Notes: a model not told the origin generated them from the sequence alone. Counted from the stretch's first letter, positions 25,384 through 35,873 are shown. The stretch is 59,573 bases of DNA from a virus (IMGVR_UViG_3300033141_001990:1-59573); one strand, 5' to 3'. Translations and numbers: made by a program.

Positions 25384-25994
25384 TATATTCATGCACTTTT
25401 ATTCACAGGGTGATTCATTGGGGGGCTTTGGGGGCTGGCCCGATAGGTGTTCACCCGCTCACATATACTTAGACCAACAAAAAAGAAGGGTCCCCCGGGG
25501 GGGGGTCTATCGGGCATAGGCTGGCCCATAGCGGGTGGCCCTCATGGGGGGGCCATAGCTTGCGGGCTAGCCCCTGCTAGCGTGCCCCGTGCCCCCGGGG
25601 GGGCTCGCATAGGGTGAGCATACCGATCGGGGGTTAGCGCACTAGCCCGGGGGGCTGTTTCGACATAGCCGATCGGCCACCCGCTAGCGCAAAGCCCCCA
25701 TGCGTTAGGGCTAGCCCCGATCGGGCTTGCGCGATAGCAGAACAGCCCCGAAACCGGCCCCTATTGCCGATAGGTGCAACCACCCGGAATCGTTAGGTTT
25801 CCCCCTATGCCCGATAGGGCTGGTTTCGCCTGGAAGTGTATGTAATCACTAGGGAAAGAGAGGGGGGGTACCCTCTATTCTAGAAGAAAATGCCCTTGCG
25901 CCCTCCCCCGCTAGGAAAATCCACTTTTGAAAGTGACCATACAAAAAAAATCACCACCTTGAAGGGGGGTTGTTCAATGTGATACAGAGTAGGT

Positions 25995-26498
25995 ATGGTT
26001 CAGTTTCCCATGGCTTCGGAGTTACGGTGGTATTACCAGTCCAGCGACTCCGAAACGGGCATCAGCTCCAACTATAAGGATGGGATTCTGGGGGGAGGGG
26101 ACTCAATTTTAGGTCCCACGGCTAGTGAGTGCGCTGCTGCTAGGCGCGGAGCTGTGGTCAGGAGTGCCCTTAAGAGCCTAACTCTGCGTGATCGTAATAT
26201 TTTGCGGTGTGCTTACTCTTCTAAGAGGGTGCGGCCTGAGTTGAGGTCACGGTATGGGGACTCGGGGGGTGCAGTGGTCGAGGCTCTGTTGCGATCTGCG
26301 CCCGATGCGAGGAAGGGTTATAAGTCTGCTCAGATACGGAAGATGGTCTCGGAGCTGTTGGAACAGGCCCATGGCAGGTATAGGGAGGCCCGCGGTGGGT
26401 TTTGTGGGGACAGAGAGGGAAGAAGGCGTCGTATTCGCGATAGGGTGCAGGCTTTTGTGCGAGAGGTGGATGGGTGTCGGCACTACATGGTTACATAA
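25995..26498 (+). CDS. Putative late-gene regulator (sigma region-4/Q-like helical domain)
   Basis: VRSALKSLTLRDRNILRCAY resembles sigma4-type helices; first gene of the late block. Confidence 0.45.
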   Translation: MVQFPMASELRWYYQSSDSETGISSNYKDGILGGGDSILGPTASECAAARRGAVVRSALKSLTLRDRNILRCAYSSKRVRPELRSRYGDSGGAVVEALLRSAPDARKGYKSAQIRKMVSELLEQAHGRYREARGGFCGDREGRRRRIRDRVQAFVREVDGCRHYMVT

Positions 26499-26878
26499 CT
26501 CTGAAAGAGCTATCCATACAACTTGGGTACGGGGATAGTTCCGCGGCTGTTCAGAGGCTTCGGAGACAGCTCCGTGCCAAAGAGCAGAGGTGTGGTGAAA
26601 ATTTCTTGATCCGGTTGGGGTCGGGGGCCAACTCGCCTCTGTATGTGACCCACGCTGTGATCCGTCAGTTTTGTCCTGAGCTTGTTAGCGGAAGGGATGA
26701 GGTTGCCGAAAAGCTACGAGAGTACATAAGGCACATGGAGGAGAGGCTCGTTGAGCTTCGGCAACGTGATCGGGTGCTAGGCTCGCGGGTTAGGCAAAAC
26801 CGACTGGCGATCTCCAAGCTTGAGAAGTATGTCGATCCAGGGGGAGAGGTCTTTAATGAAGCAAGTCAGCTCCAATAA
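26474..26878 (+). CDS. HTH plus coiled-coil DNA-binding protein
   Basis: YITLKELSIQLG...VQRLRRQL; C-terminal coiled coil. Confidence 0.5.
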   Translation: MSALHGYITLKELSIQLGYGDSSAAVQRLRRQLRAKEQRCGENFLIRLGSGANSPLYVTHAVIRQFCPELVSGRDEVAEKLREYIRHMEERLVELRQRDRVLGSRVRQNRLAISKLEKYVDPGGEVFNEASQLQ

Positions 26879-27533
26879 GCAGGGACCAGGCACGCTTAAG
26901 GTTTCGCTGGTAGATGTGACGAGCATCAGATGCCACGAGAGAAACCCACGAGGGCACGATGACCCGCAAATTCTCGATATTGCTAAGAGCCTTAAGCACT
27001 TCGGCCAACAGAAAGCCATCGTACTAGCTCCCAATGGCGTAGATGTTATCGCTGGAAACGGGACCTATACCGCCGCGTGCTCGCTGGGCTGGAAAAAAAT
27101 CAATGCCCACGTCTCTTCGCTTACTAGGGAACAGGCTTTGGCATACATGATTGCCGATAATAGGACGGCAGAGAAAAGCCACTGGCAAAGTGACCCGCTA
27201 TCCACGCTCCTGGAGGAACTGCGCGACGAAGATAATGAACTGTTCGATGCAACAGGATTCGATCTCGACGCGCTAATGAAAATTAATCAGGTAGACGCGG
27301 ACGAACTTCAAGCAAATGAAGAAGATACGCTTATCCCAGGATCTGTCATTGACGCTGACCCACTAGCTGACCACCCCTCCCATGTCCGTATCGTGCAGCT
27401 GTTCCTTGATGCCGATACACACCCGGCCCTCATGGCTTGGATTAAAGCGCTAGCACCAAATCACGGAACAGATAACATCACAGATACAGTTATGGCGGTT
27501 GTCGAGAGGGCTTATGACGAGCTAGGTTCCTGA
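26856..27533 (+). CDS. ParB/Srx N-terminal domain protein
   Basis: NPR.H...QI..I..SL..FG....IV, IAGNG...A, IADNR.AE.S.W. Confidence 0.85.
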   Translation: MKQVSSNKQGPGTLKVSLVDVTSIRCHERNPRGHDDPQILDIAKSLKHFGQQKAIVLAPNGVDVIAGNGTYTAACSLGWKKINAHVSSLTREQALAYMIADNRTAEKSHWQSDPLSTLLEELRDEDNELFDATGFDLDALMKINQVDADELQANEEDTLIPGSVIDADPLADHPSHVRIVQLFLDADTHPALMAWIKALAPNHGTDNITDTVMAVVERAYDELGS

Positions 27534-27645
27534 GATAGCCACCATTCAGGATAAACCTATCTGCATCATCTGCACGTATAGTAGTAGTGCCCCCGAGATC
27601 ATGAGGCTTTCGTGGCCATAGTAGTATTTACGGTGATACCCAACC

Positions 27646-28080
27646 ATGTCTAGACCCTTTTTGCTCAATGAAGAGATCCAAACGGCAGTTTGCAAAGCCC
27701 TCCGAGCTGGCAATAACCGCCGCGCGTCCTGCGCGTTTGGTGGGATCTGCTACAGCACGATGCTTAACTGGATCAAACTAGGCGACGAGGCTAAGAGGAA
27801 CAGGGATGAAGGTGTCACCCTTGATGACAGCAAGATCCCGTTCATCGAATTTTCTGGGGCTGTTCAAAAGGCCGAGGGCTTAGCTGAAGTGGAAGCGGTT
27901 GCCGTTATCCAAAAGGCAGCTAGAGAGGCAACTTCAGGACAGTGGACAGCCGCAGCCTGGTGGCTCGAAAGAAAGTACCCGGATAACTGGGGAAGACGCG
28001 AGCGCCGCGACCATCGCGAAGGCACCTCTGAAAAGGTACAGATCAACGTGATAGGTCCTGCTACGGTCGAAAAAGAGTGA
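27646..28080 (+). CDS. Terminase small subunit (putative)
   Basis: N-terminal HTH, AAAWWLERKYP..WG; GTGA-coupled to TerL. Confidence 0.7.
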   Translation: MSRPFLLNEEIQTAVCKALRAGNNRRASCAFGGICYSTMLNWIKLGDEAKRNRDEGVTLDDSKIPFIEFSGAVQKAEGLAEVEAVAVIQKAAREATSGQWTAAAWWLERKYPDNWGRRERRDHREGTSEKVQINVIGPATVEKE

Positions 28081-29408
28081 CCGACGTAGACCTCAGACTC
28101 AACAAACCCCAATGGGCTGCCTATCAAGACATCGGTCCTGGTAGAACCGTATGTCTTCCGTGGGGCCGAGGCTGCGGAAAATCCTGGTTCATGCGTCACA
28201 TCATGTGGATGAGCGTGGCGCAGTATGATGGACAGGTAAGGAAGGGAACATTTGGAGGAACCAAGGGGATTCGTATCGTCGTTCTTATGGATACCCTCAA
28301 GCACTTCAAAGACGTTCACGCTTCTCATATTGAGGATGAGCTTAGCGACACCTGGAGTTTTCTCGGTGGACGCCTGGATAAAACTCGGTGGCGTATAACC
28401 TTCCCCGGAGGATCGTGGATACAACCCTTTCCCGCTACCGATCACAACTCTAAGCATGGTCGAGGGGTGCGGTGCGACGCTGTTCTGGTAGACGAGTGCG
28501 ATGACGTGGATACCGAGGTCTTTCACTCGGTCGCTGTCCCGTGGTTCTCAGAGCCGCATAGCCTAAAGATGAGAGTAGTGGGAGGGACACCACGACGCGG
28601 AAGACATGGATTGTTGTATAATATCCACCGCTTAGGGGCTTCTGACGAGTACCCCGCATACAGCACCTTTCATGCGACCTACGAGGATTGCCCAGAGACG
28701 GTTGATCCAAAAGCTGTTGAGGACGCACGCGCCACTACTCCAGAAAGCATATTCAGGCGCGAGTGGTTGGCTGACTTCGATTCCGCCGAGGGGCTTGTTT
28801 ACGACCTATTCACTGAGTCTTTTCATATAAGAGTTCCCGAGCGTCATGCTCACTTCACAGAGGTTCTCGTTGGAGTTGACTGGGGATATGCTGATCCTGG
28901 GGTATTCATAGTCATCGGAGTAACCGGCCATGGGGCCGATGCTCAGTGCTGGCTTATTGAGGAGCATTATCAAAGGAGCCGCGTTCTCGGCTGGTGGACA
29001 GACCTTGCTCGCGAGATCAAGCAAAGGTATCCGGATGCCAAGTGGATCGCAGATCCCTCGCAGCCAGCGAGCATAGAGACCTTGCGGCGTGACGCTAGTA
29101 TCAATATCAATAAAGGCGATAACCGGGTCGAGCAGGGTGTTTTTTGCGTCGCGGATAAGCTGATGATTCAGGGCGACTCCGGGCAACAGTGGGCCAAGCT
29201 CTACATTTCGCCTCATTGCAAAGAGACGATACGCGAGCTTAGGACCTATAGACGCAAGAGAGACCCAAGAGATCGCGAGAGCTTCTTGGACGCGATTGAG
29301 GATAGAAACAATCACTCTATGGATGCGTTGAGATATGCCCTGTTTAGCCGATTTGGGGAGCCGCCCCGTATTCGGCTTACGTGGAGCGGAAAGTCGAGCT
29401 TGGTATGA
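28077..29408 (+). CDS. terL: Terminase large subunit
   Basis: GRGCGKS Walker A, LVDE Walker B, GGTP, GVDWG..DP, HSMDALRY nuclease motifs. Confidence 0.93.
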   Translation: MTDVDLRLNKPQWAAYQDIGPGRTVCLPWGRGCGKSWFMRHIMWMSVAQYDGQVRKGTFGGTKGIRIVVLMDTLKHFKDVHASHIEDELSDTWSFLGGRLDKTRWRITFPGGSWIQPFPATDHNSKHGRGVRCDAVLVDECDDVDTEVFHSVAVPWFSEPHSLKMRVVGGTPRRGRHGLLYNIHRLGASDEYPAYSTFHATYEDCPETVDPKAVEDARATTPESIFRREWLADFDSAEGLVYDLFTESFHIRVPERHAHFTEVLVGVDWGYADPGVFIVIGVTGHGADAQCWLIEEHYQRSRVLGWWTDLAREIKQRYPDAKWIADPSQPASIETLRRDASININKGDNRVEQGVFCVADKLMIQGDSGQQWAKLYISPHCKETIRELRTYRRKRDPRDRESFLDAIEDRNNHSMDALRYALFSRFGEPPRIRLTWSGKSSLV

Positions 29409-29620
29409 GTCCCAAGTACCTACAGTTGGGTCTTCTTTGGAGTTTGTGGATCAGGGGTCGCGATATGATAAATGCGGCAGATATATCGCTGTTCCGATGT
29501 CAGCTGTGCAATGAGGATGGCGAAGGATCTCCGTCGCTATGTCCTAGCTGTGGGCCACACATAGCCGGTAGGTGCATCCCAAAGGACGTGGAGGTTATTT
29601 TTAATGCAGAAGACTGCTGA
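29405..29620 (+). CDS. Small Zn-finger protein
   Basis: CQLC...CPSC; ATGA coupling. Confidence 0.45.
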   Translation: MSPKYLQLGLLWSLWIRGRDMINAADISLFRCQLCNEDGEGSPSLCPSCGPHIAGRCIPKDVEVIFNAEDC

Positions 29621-31406
29621 AAATTGGGCTCAGGCCCAGAAAGAGGTTAGCGCAAATCTGAACCCAAGATTTTTGCGCCTCGACACCTTTGAGCGCTATG
29701 TAATCGGAACCCAGTATGAGGGGATGCCCGGTTGGTACAATGATTCTGTTCCGCTTCTTGAGCGTGCGCCAACAGTTATCGAGCCTATGGCCGCGAAGGC
29801 GATTGAGTCATTTATCAGCCTGGCGATGGGCGAGGGTAGGTGGCCAACAGTTACCGTAAAGGTTGGAGAAAATTCAGCTTTTGACGAGGCTCTTATGCTT
29901 ACAGATGAGGGTAAGCAGAGACTTGATCGTGGTATCGACAACATTATCGATCAGAGTCGATTTGAGCAGGCTTGCAGACAATCTCTCGGTGCTGCCATGG
30001 GGTGTGGAACGTCTGTGGCTATCGTTGCCGTAAAAGACGGAAGGCTCGTAATCGAGAACACTCGTGCCAAATGGTGTACCCCAGTTTTTGATAGAGAGAG
30101 ACCGTCTATAATAACGAGTCTTGAGATCCGGTATCCATATCTCAATCAGTATAAGGATACTCAAACCAAGAAGTGGAAAGTCGAAACACTACTATATCGT
30201 CGTGTAATCACTGACATTTCAGACATCACCTATAAGCCCGCAAAGGCTCACGAGGACGGAGAGGAGCCAGATAGGTGGGCGGTTGAGTTTCAGTATGACC
30301 ACAATTTCGGATTCTGCCCGGTTGTTTGGTATGCCTTTGACCGAGAGAATGGAACGGTCAATGAGATCGACGGGCATCCTATTCATGAATATGTTCTCGA
30401 TGAGATCGATTGCCTAAACCGAAGCCTGTCTCAACATGATCGTGCTGCGCTTTATGCTGGCGACCCTCAACCCGTAGAGATTGGGGTGGACCCCGACCAC
30501 AACCCGGCACCAACGGGGCGCATGGCGCAGCCTATTAGGCACTATGCTGGAGAGAGCCCCGCTATAAAGGAGCAAAATGCTAAGTGGAGCATGGGTGGTT
30601 CGACTGTGGCTACTTCGGGGGTTCGTAAGAAGGGTCCTGGCGTCGTATGGAGGTACCCATCCAAGGACTCCAAGGTGGCTTTTCTCTCGCTACCACCGGG
30701 AGCGCTCGACGCTATCCAACAAAACGTCAACGATCTCCGTGAGCAAATAGCCGAAGCGCTTAATTGGGTACGTGTAGACCCCAGCAACATTAAGAATGCT
30801 ATTGGATCTGCCGGTAACCTGTCTGGACGCGCCCTTCAGTGGCTATATAGACGACAGACAGACCGATGCGACTCGATTCGCCCCGATTTCGAGGATGGTT
30901 TCATGCGTCCTGCCCTCAACATGCTTCTAAGGGTGGTATTGTCTGTGGTTCGCACGGGAGAGGGCCGGCTTTACCTCGCTGGTCAAAACGATTTGGCTGT
31001 AGCCCTTCAACAGTTTGAGCAAACCGTGACCGCGGGTCAGGATGTTGTTGGATTGCGCTGGTTTTCTCCGCCCCTAAACGTACAATGGGGTGATTACTTT
31101 GAGCCAACAGCGATCGACGCTGATGCAATAAACAGAATTGTCCGAGAAGACCTTATGAGTGGCCTTATCACTCAAGAGACTGCCATTAAGCGTATTGCCC
31201 CATTTTACGATATAGAGAATCCAGAAGAGTACGCCTTTAAGATGAGGCATGACATAGATCATCATGCCGAAAGTTGGGAAAAGGCACTGAAGGCACTAGA
31301 TGAGACCACCTCCGGAGAAACAGAGAGAGAAACAGACGAAGCTAAGCCTGGCGGGAATGGTTTACGCGGAGGCACGGTTGCAGAAAGCCCTGTCCGTGGG
31401 GGTTAA
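29604..31406 (+). CDS. Portal protein
   Basis: 600 aa after TerL; HNFGFCPVVW, SG.AL motifs of SPP1-type portals. Confidence 0.85.
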   Translation: MQKTAENWAQAQKEVSANLNPRFLRLDTFERYVIGTQYEGMPGWYNDSVPLLERAPTVIEPMAAKAIESFISLAMGEGRWPTVTVKVGENSAFDEALMLTDEGKQRLDRGIDNIIDQSRFEQACRQSLGAAMGCGTSVAIVAVKDGRLVIENTRAKWCTPVFDRERPSIITSLEIRYPYLNQYKDTQTKKWKVETLLYRRVITDISDITYKPAKAHEDGEEPDRWAVEFQYDHNFGFCPVVWYAFDRENGTVNEIDGHPIHEYVLDEIDCLNRSLSQHDRAALYAGDPQPVEIGVDPDHNPAPTGRMAQPIRHYAGESPAIKEQNAKWSMGGSTVATSGVRKKGPGVVWRYPSKDSKVAFLSLPPGALDAIQQNVNDLREQIAEALNWVRVDPSNIKNAIGSAGNLSGRALQWLYRRQTDRCDSIRPDFEDGFMRPALNMLLRVVLSVVRTGEGRLYLAGQNDLAVALQQFEQTVTAGQDVVGLRWFSPPLNVQWGDYFEPTAIDADAINRIVREDLMSGLITQETAIKRIAPFYDIENPEEYAFKMRHDIDHHAESWEKALKALDETTSGETERETDEAKPGGNGLRGGTVAESPVRGG

Positions 31407-32061
31407 GGAGGCTGCGCGTGCCGCTCGCGGCCCAGCTACGATCCCGGCAATCACAGAAGCTGCCGGTGCTATCCAGAAAAACGTGGCTCAGGCTATTTTT
31501 GCTGGACGCACACTTGCTAGGGCAAGGGGTCACCTGTCTATCCAAAGAGAAATGAGTCTTATTGAGAGCTTTGCGCCGGAGCTGGGTGGAGAACTCCATA
31601 GAGTTGCCGGATCGATCGCTTCAGATCAGCAAAGAGCTAACTATGTGGCTTCTAGATTCTCTCGCTATTGGAGCGAATCCGCCATTATGGCTGCGGCAGA
31701 CGGGGAGTCGGCCTCTGCATCAGCAACTCAGGCTACCAACCGACAAGAATTTCGCATAAAGATGGTGGCTGTCACCGAAGCTTCTAATGCCTGGAATGAC
31801 GAACGTCAGGGAGAGATGGTTCAGCTGGAGAAAGAGAAGCCTATATCGCGTATAGCAACACCGCTTCTCATATTCAGCGAGTGGGATGCCGCTATGGATC
31901 GCAGGACTTGTGATATATGCGAAACTCAGCACGGAAAGATTCGTCCCGCTGGGGTTTCTTTCTCTGTTGGTGATCCACCAGTGCATCCGAATTGTCGATG
32001 TGGCTTGATGTTAGTCGTGCTTCCGACTTACTACGAGTGGGAAGAGGAGGCTGCTGCATGA
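31300..32061 (+). CDS. Head morphogenesis protein (Mu gpF / SPP1 gp7-like)
   Basis: D.RTCDIC...HG and PPVHPNCRC. Confidence 0.85.
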   Translation: MRPPPEKQREKQTKLSLAGMVYAEARLQKALSVGVKEAARAARGPATIPAITEAAGAIQKNVAQAIFAGRTLARARGHLSIQREMSLIESFAPELGGELHRVAGSIASDQQRANYVASRFSRYWSESAIMAAADGESASASATQATNRQEFRIKMVAVTEASNAWNDERQGEMVQLEKEKPISRIATPLLIFSEWDAAMDRRTCDICETQHGKIRPAGVSFSVGDPPVHPNCRCGLMLVVLPTYYEWEEEAAA

Positions 32062-32408
32062 TTTGCCCTAGCTGCGATAGCGCGATAAACCCGTGGATGG
32101 AGATGCAGGTAAACGGGACTTTCTCTCGCAGATGCCCGCGTCCGGAGTGCTTTGCCGCGCTACCCTCCGAGTCCCCGGATGTATTCCAAGAAGAGGATGA
32201 GGATATGATTTCCCTGGGAGAGTCTCCTGGGATTAGTAACGTAATTGCTCTCCCCACTTCTCCCGTAGAGGTTGAGGGCCTGATCCAGCAGATGACCACG
32301 CGACGAACGTGGCTTCTTCAGAGGATCGAGGATCTTCAGGGGTGCGTTCGCGAGCTAGAGCTTGTAGACCGCATGTTGGCGGCAGCAAAGGAAAGCGAAG
32401 AAGAATGA
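32058..32408 (+). CDS. Zn-finger plus coiled-coil protein
   Basis: CPSC...CPRPEC; GAGGAGG RBS. Confidence 0.55.
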   Translation: MICPSCDSAINPWMEMQVNGTFSRRCPRPECFAALPSESPDVFQEEDEDMISLGESPGISNVIALPTSPVEVEGLIQQMTTRRTWLLQRIEDLQGCVRELELVDRMLAAAKESEEE

Positions 32409-32584
32409 AGACATGCCAATGTTGCGGATATGTAAATAAGTCTGGCGAAGCACCGACCTGCCCCTATTGCGGCGAAGCGTCATGGAGCGGAAAGCAAGCT
32501 CCAGCTCCAGCTCCAGCTCCAGCTCCAGCCTCTATCCCTAAGAAAACTAAGAAAACTAAGAAGTTTTCCAAGAAGGGTGATTAG
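32405..32584 (+). CDS. Small zinc-ribbon protein with PA repeat and basic tail
   Basis: CQCCG...CPYCG, APAPAPAPAPA, KKTKKTKK. Confidence 0.55.
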   Translation: MKTCQCCGYVNKSGEAPTCPYCGEASWSGKQAPAPAPAPAPASIPKKTKKTKKFSKKGD

Positions 32585-32587
32585 CAT

Positions 32588-33151
32588 ATGCCGATGACTG
32601 GACCAATGCTGGAGGCGGCTTGTAGTAACGCCCTTACGACCAGCACCTCCTCGGCTACGAGAGCACGTTTGGTTTCTCTGGCAGTTGTTAATTACGTGGC
32701 GCAGTATGCTGCCGGTGCCCCGATCGATGATAGCACCGGGCCGTTTACAGAGTTTGCTCCAACGAGGCTCCCGCAGGTTACACTTGGCGCAGGAGCGGCT
32801 GCCCCAGTCGTAACGCTAACCTATACTCCGATTGAGGGTGGAGACTCCCGAACCCAGTCGGTTACTGGCGTTGCTGGAGCGACGGTTAAATTCACTCAGC
32901 CCGTGCAGACTATTACTCGGGTACAGACGGACATCGACCCTGTTGACGTAATGGATATACAGGCTGGGGATACGTGGGTTAGCCCCGCTCCTCGTAGCCT
33001 ATTCCCAAACGTAGCCGGGGACGTTATATGTCGCGGAGTGGAAGACGATCTAGACGTGACGTTGACTTTGGCGGCGGGTATTCCGGTGCCGATGAGAGCA
33101 GATATTATTAGGGCTACAGGCACAACCGCCACAGTGGTCCTCCTTTGGTAA
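32588..33151 (+). CDS. Putative virion structural protein
   Basis: A/T/V-rich beta composition in the head module. Confidence 0.55.
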   Translation: MPMTGPMLEAACSNALTTSTSSATRARLVSLAVVNYVAQYAAGAPIDDSTGPFTEFAPTRLPQVTLGAGAAAPVVTLTYTPIEGGDSRTQSVTGVAGATVKFTQPVQTITRVQTDIDPVDVMDIQAGDTWVSPAPRSLFPNVAGDVICRGVEDDLDVTLTLAAGIPVPMRADIIRATGTTATVVLLW

Positions 33152-33166
33152 ACAGGAGCAAGAGAA

Positions 33167-33583
33167 ATGGCGATTGTAGTAGGACAAACGGTGGCTGTCA
33201 GTCAGTATACCCAAGCAAATGGAGCTAGCCTCCTTCACACCGTTAGCGGAGTGGAGAACGAAGTGGAGAGCTGCATGTGCAGCGTACAGTGGATCGCTGG
33301 CACTTATGATCAGGGCGACGACGCTACCTTCAGTCCCGCCGTGGCAATCCAGGAGAGCAAACGCTCAGGCAAGAACATCACGATTCTCCAGGCAGCGTTC
33401 ATCGCCTCCGGGGACGAGGATGGAGCCGTGGTCTCGGCAGGAGCATGTACGGTGGCCGCAAACGTCATCACATGCGAGCTTCTCCAAGAGGACTTCACCG
33501 AACGTGCCGCGACCGCTATGGCTTCCGATTGGGACCGCCCCATCGCGTTCCAGGTGACCTACCGACAGAGCGCAAACGCTTAA
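33167..33583 (+). CDS. Putative virion structural/decoration protein
   Basis: AGGAG RBS, beta-rich, head module. Confidence 0.55.
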   Translation: MAIVVGQTVAVSQYTQANGASLLHTVSGVENEVESCMCSVQWIAGTYDQGDDATFSPAVAIQESKRSGKNITILQAAFIASGDEDGAVVSAGACTVAANVITCELLQEDFTERAATAMASDWDRPIAFQVTYRQSANA

Positions 33584-33650
33584 TCGGCCTCGGTTTCGAC
33601 CGAGGTGCTAATTAAAAACAACGTGACGACAACGGGAAAGGTCGGAGACA

Positions 33651-34313
33651 ATGAGCGAAGAGAATAAGATTGAAGAGAGTCCAGCGGAGCCGGCAGAAGT
33701 AGGCGCGCAGAACCAGCCTGAGATCGATACCCCTGTACCCCAAGCGAAGACGCCCTCAACAAAGGGCGACCCTCATTGGCTCCCCGATCGATTAGATAGG
33801 GAGCGCAGGAAGATCCTGAGAGACCTGGGCGCTGAAAATGTTGACGACGTAAAGGCGGCTCTTACCGAGCTTCGCAACCGCCAAGACCGAGAGAAGACTG
33901 AGCTTGAGCGCATATCTGGGAGAAATGTCGAGCTTGAGACTATTGCGAAGAAGCATAGCGCCCTCATGGAGGTCGTAAGGCAGCAGGCTCAGGGTGAAAT
34001 GTCCGTACTTAGCGACGGGCACCAGGCTGCTGTTGTTGCCGTGGCTGGAGATGATCCAGAAAAGCAACTTAGCGCCATCCGGGTGCTTCGTCCCACATGG
34101 GTAATCGAAACGACACAAAGGCCGGGGGTAGCTGTAGCTGCTCCGGCAACGACGGCTCCCACTGTACCCTCGCCTGCGCCGGGTAGCACACCAGTAACCA
34201 ATAACCATCTAGCGACTTACGAGTCGATGGAGCAACAAAACCCTTTGATGGCAGCCCAGTATCGCTTACAGCACTGGGCTGACATTGAAAACGCAAAACT
34301 GGCCCGAAGCTAG
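33651..34313 (+). CDS. Capsid scaffolding protein
   Basis: Acidic N-terminus, coiled coil, Pro/Ala linker, directly before the MCP. Confidence 0.7.
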   Translation: MSEENKIEESPAEPAEVGAQNQPEIDTPVPQAKTPSTKGDPHWLPDRLDRERRKILRDLGAENVDDVKAALTELRNRQDREKTELERISGRNVELETIAKKHSALMEVVRQQAQGEMSVLSDGHQAAVVAVAGDDPEKQLSAIRVLRPTWVIETTQRPGVAVAAPATTAPTVPSPAPGSTPVTNNHLATYESMEQQNPLMAAQYRLQHWADIENAKLARS

Positions 34314-34349
34314 CACAGGAGGCAGCGGGCGATTTAGGAGACCGGCACA

Positions 34350-35450
34350 ATGCCATTGATTAACCGCGCGACGCTACCCCAAGAATTTTTCGACTTCACG
34401 AGCGCCATGCTGCTTACGCAGCCTGAGCCGAAGTACCTCCACGCCAAGCTTATCAAGGCTGCGCTAGGTGCATCGTTTCAAGGACCTAGTATGCTGGGCT
34501 TCTTGCCCGGTCGAAGCTTCGGTGACCGTGGTGCTCCATACGTTTCGGACTCTGATGCAGAGGCTGCACGGCTCTCCCTTAGCGACGACCTATATGATGC
34601 TAGCATCCAGGTAATTGCCGAGCTTGGGAGCGCTCCAGGTCAGACGGTTCGCATGAATCGCCCGTCCTATGCGAACACAACCTATACGGAGGCAAGCCGT
34701 GAAGTCCCTAGCGGGAGCACGGTAAGCGTTACTCCGATTACGGTTACCTCCGAGCAGGTTCCGATTACCCTTAAGAGGTTCGCTGGTCCGTTTGACCAGG
34801 CTAACGTGCGCGTTGCCCCATACGGTATCGATCGCTTCGATAGCTCGGTAATGCTTCATAAGCCCGCTCAGATTGTCGCCCTGAACCTAAAGCGCGACTT
34901 CGATCGCACTTTGGATGCCTGGGGTGTGCAGCTGTTCGACAATGCGGCAACTACCGTGCGGCCGAACGGAATGGTTAACGATAATACGTCTGTAATTGCC
35001 GGGTCGTTCCCGTTCAGTTTCCGGCTTATTCAGTCCACGGAGACGCAGCTCGACACGCTGAATATCCCGACATTCGCCAACGGCAAGCGGGTCCTCGTCC
35101 TCCATCCCCGCCAGTGCGAGCAACTCGCGCAGGATGCTCAGTTCAATCGGCTGAGCGTTTTCGAGAGTGACTTCAATCCGCTCTGGAAGGGTGCTTACTG
35201 GAGGTCGTGTGGAAACTTCGACATCTTTAAGAGCACCACTCTTACGCAGGTTACTAACGCAAACGCTGTCCAGATTCATTATGCGCAAGCATTTGGTCCT
35301 GGAGGTGTTGGCTGCGGTGTCGGAGAAATGCCGCGAACCGCATATAATACGCAAGACAACTATGGTGAGACCGCTCTCGTTATCTGGCTTTGGTACGCCG
35401 GCTTCGCGACCTTGGATCACCGCTTCATTGCCCGAATTACGACGGACTGA
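34350..35450 (+). CDS. Major capsid protein
   Basis: 366 aa after the scaffold; strong RBS; G.TV...RP, LVLHP.Q...L..D, DNYG pattern of HK97-fold MCPs. Confidence 0.8.
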   Translation: MPLINRATLPQEFFDFTSAMLLTQPEPKYLHAKLIKAALGASFQGPSMLGFLPGRSFGDRGAPYVSDSDAEAARLSLSDDLYDASIQVIAELGSAPGQTVRMNRPSYANTTYTEASREVPSGSTVSVTPITVTSEQVPITLKRFAGPFDQANVRVAPYGIDRFDSSVMLHKPAQIVALNLKRDFDRTLDAWGVQLFDNAATTVRPNGMVNDNTSVIAGSFPFSFRLIQSTETQLDTLNIPTFANGKRVLVLHPRQCEQLAQDAQFNRLSVFESDFNPLWKGAYWRSCGNFDIFKSTTLTQVTNANAVQIHYAQAFGPGGVGCGVGEMPRTAYNTQDNYGETALVIWLWYAGFATLDHRFIARITTD

Positions 35451-35462
35451 GGAGATACCCGA

Positions 35463-35873
35463 ATGGCGTTTAATGAACTAATTGTTAACGGCTATGCCGA
35501 GTCATCGCCTACCCTGATCGGGGTAGGAATTGGCTCGTCTGCTGCCGGATCGATCATGCAAATGGGGCGAGCGAAAACGGGAACCCTAAGCTCCACTGTG
35601 GTGCTTGTGGCCGGAACGGCGATGATCACCCTTACGCCTATCTGGGAAGTGTCTATCGACGGCGCTACCTGGCACCTGGCAACCGTTGCCAATAACGCTC
35701 TCTATGTCACACAAGCTGTAGCGGGAGACTCCAATACTCATATCCTCAGCGCGCCAGACGCTTGCTACGGCAACAGGTTTTCGCGCGTGTCGGTTATGGT
35801 TGCTGGGGCTGCTGGTTTGGCGGCAGATACCTGTACGATCTCGTACAATTATATTGCCGACGACATGGTGTAG
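35463..35873 (+). CDS. Putative capsid decoration protein
   Basis: Beta-sandwich-like (EVSIDG.TW), follows the MCP. Confidence 0.5.
   Translation: MAFNELIVNGYAESSPTLIGVGIGSSAAGSIMQMGRAKTGTLSSTVVLVAGTAMITLTPIWEVSIDGATWHLATVANNALYVTQAVAGDSNTHILSAPDACYGNRFSRVSVMVAGAAGLAADTCTISYNYIADDMV

Noticed and set aside
26856-27533. Plasmid partition system (phage-plasmid)
   Set aside because: ParB/Srx N-domain only, no ParA; this gene type is common next to terminases
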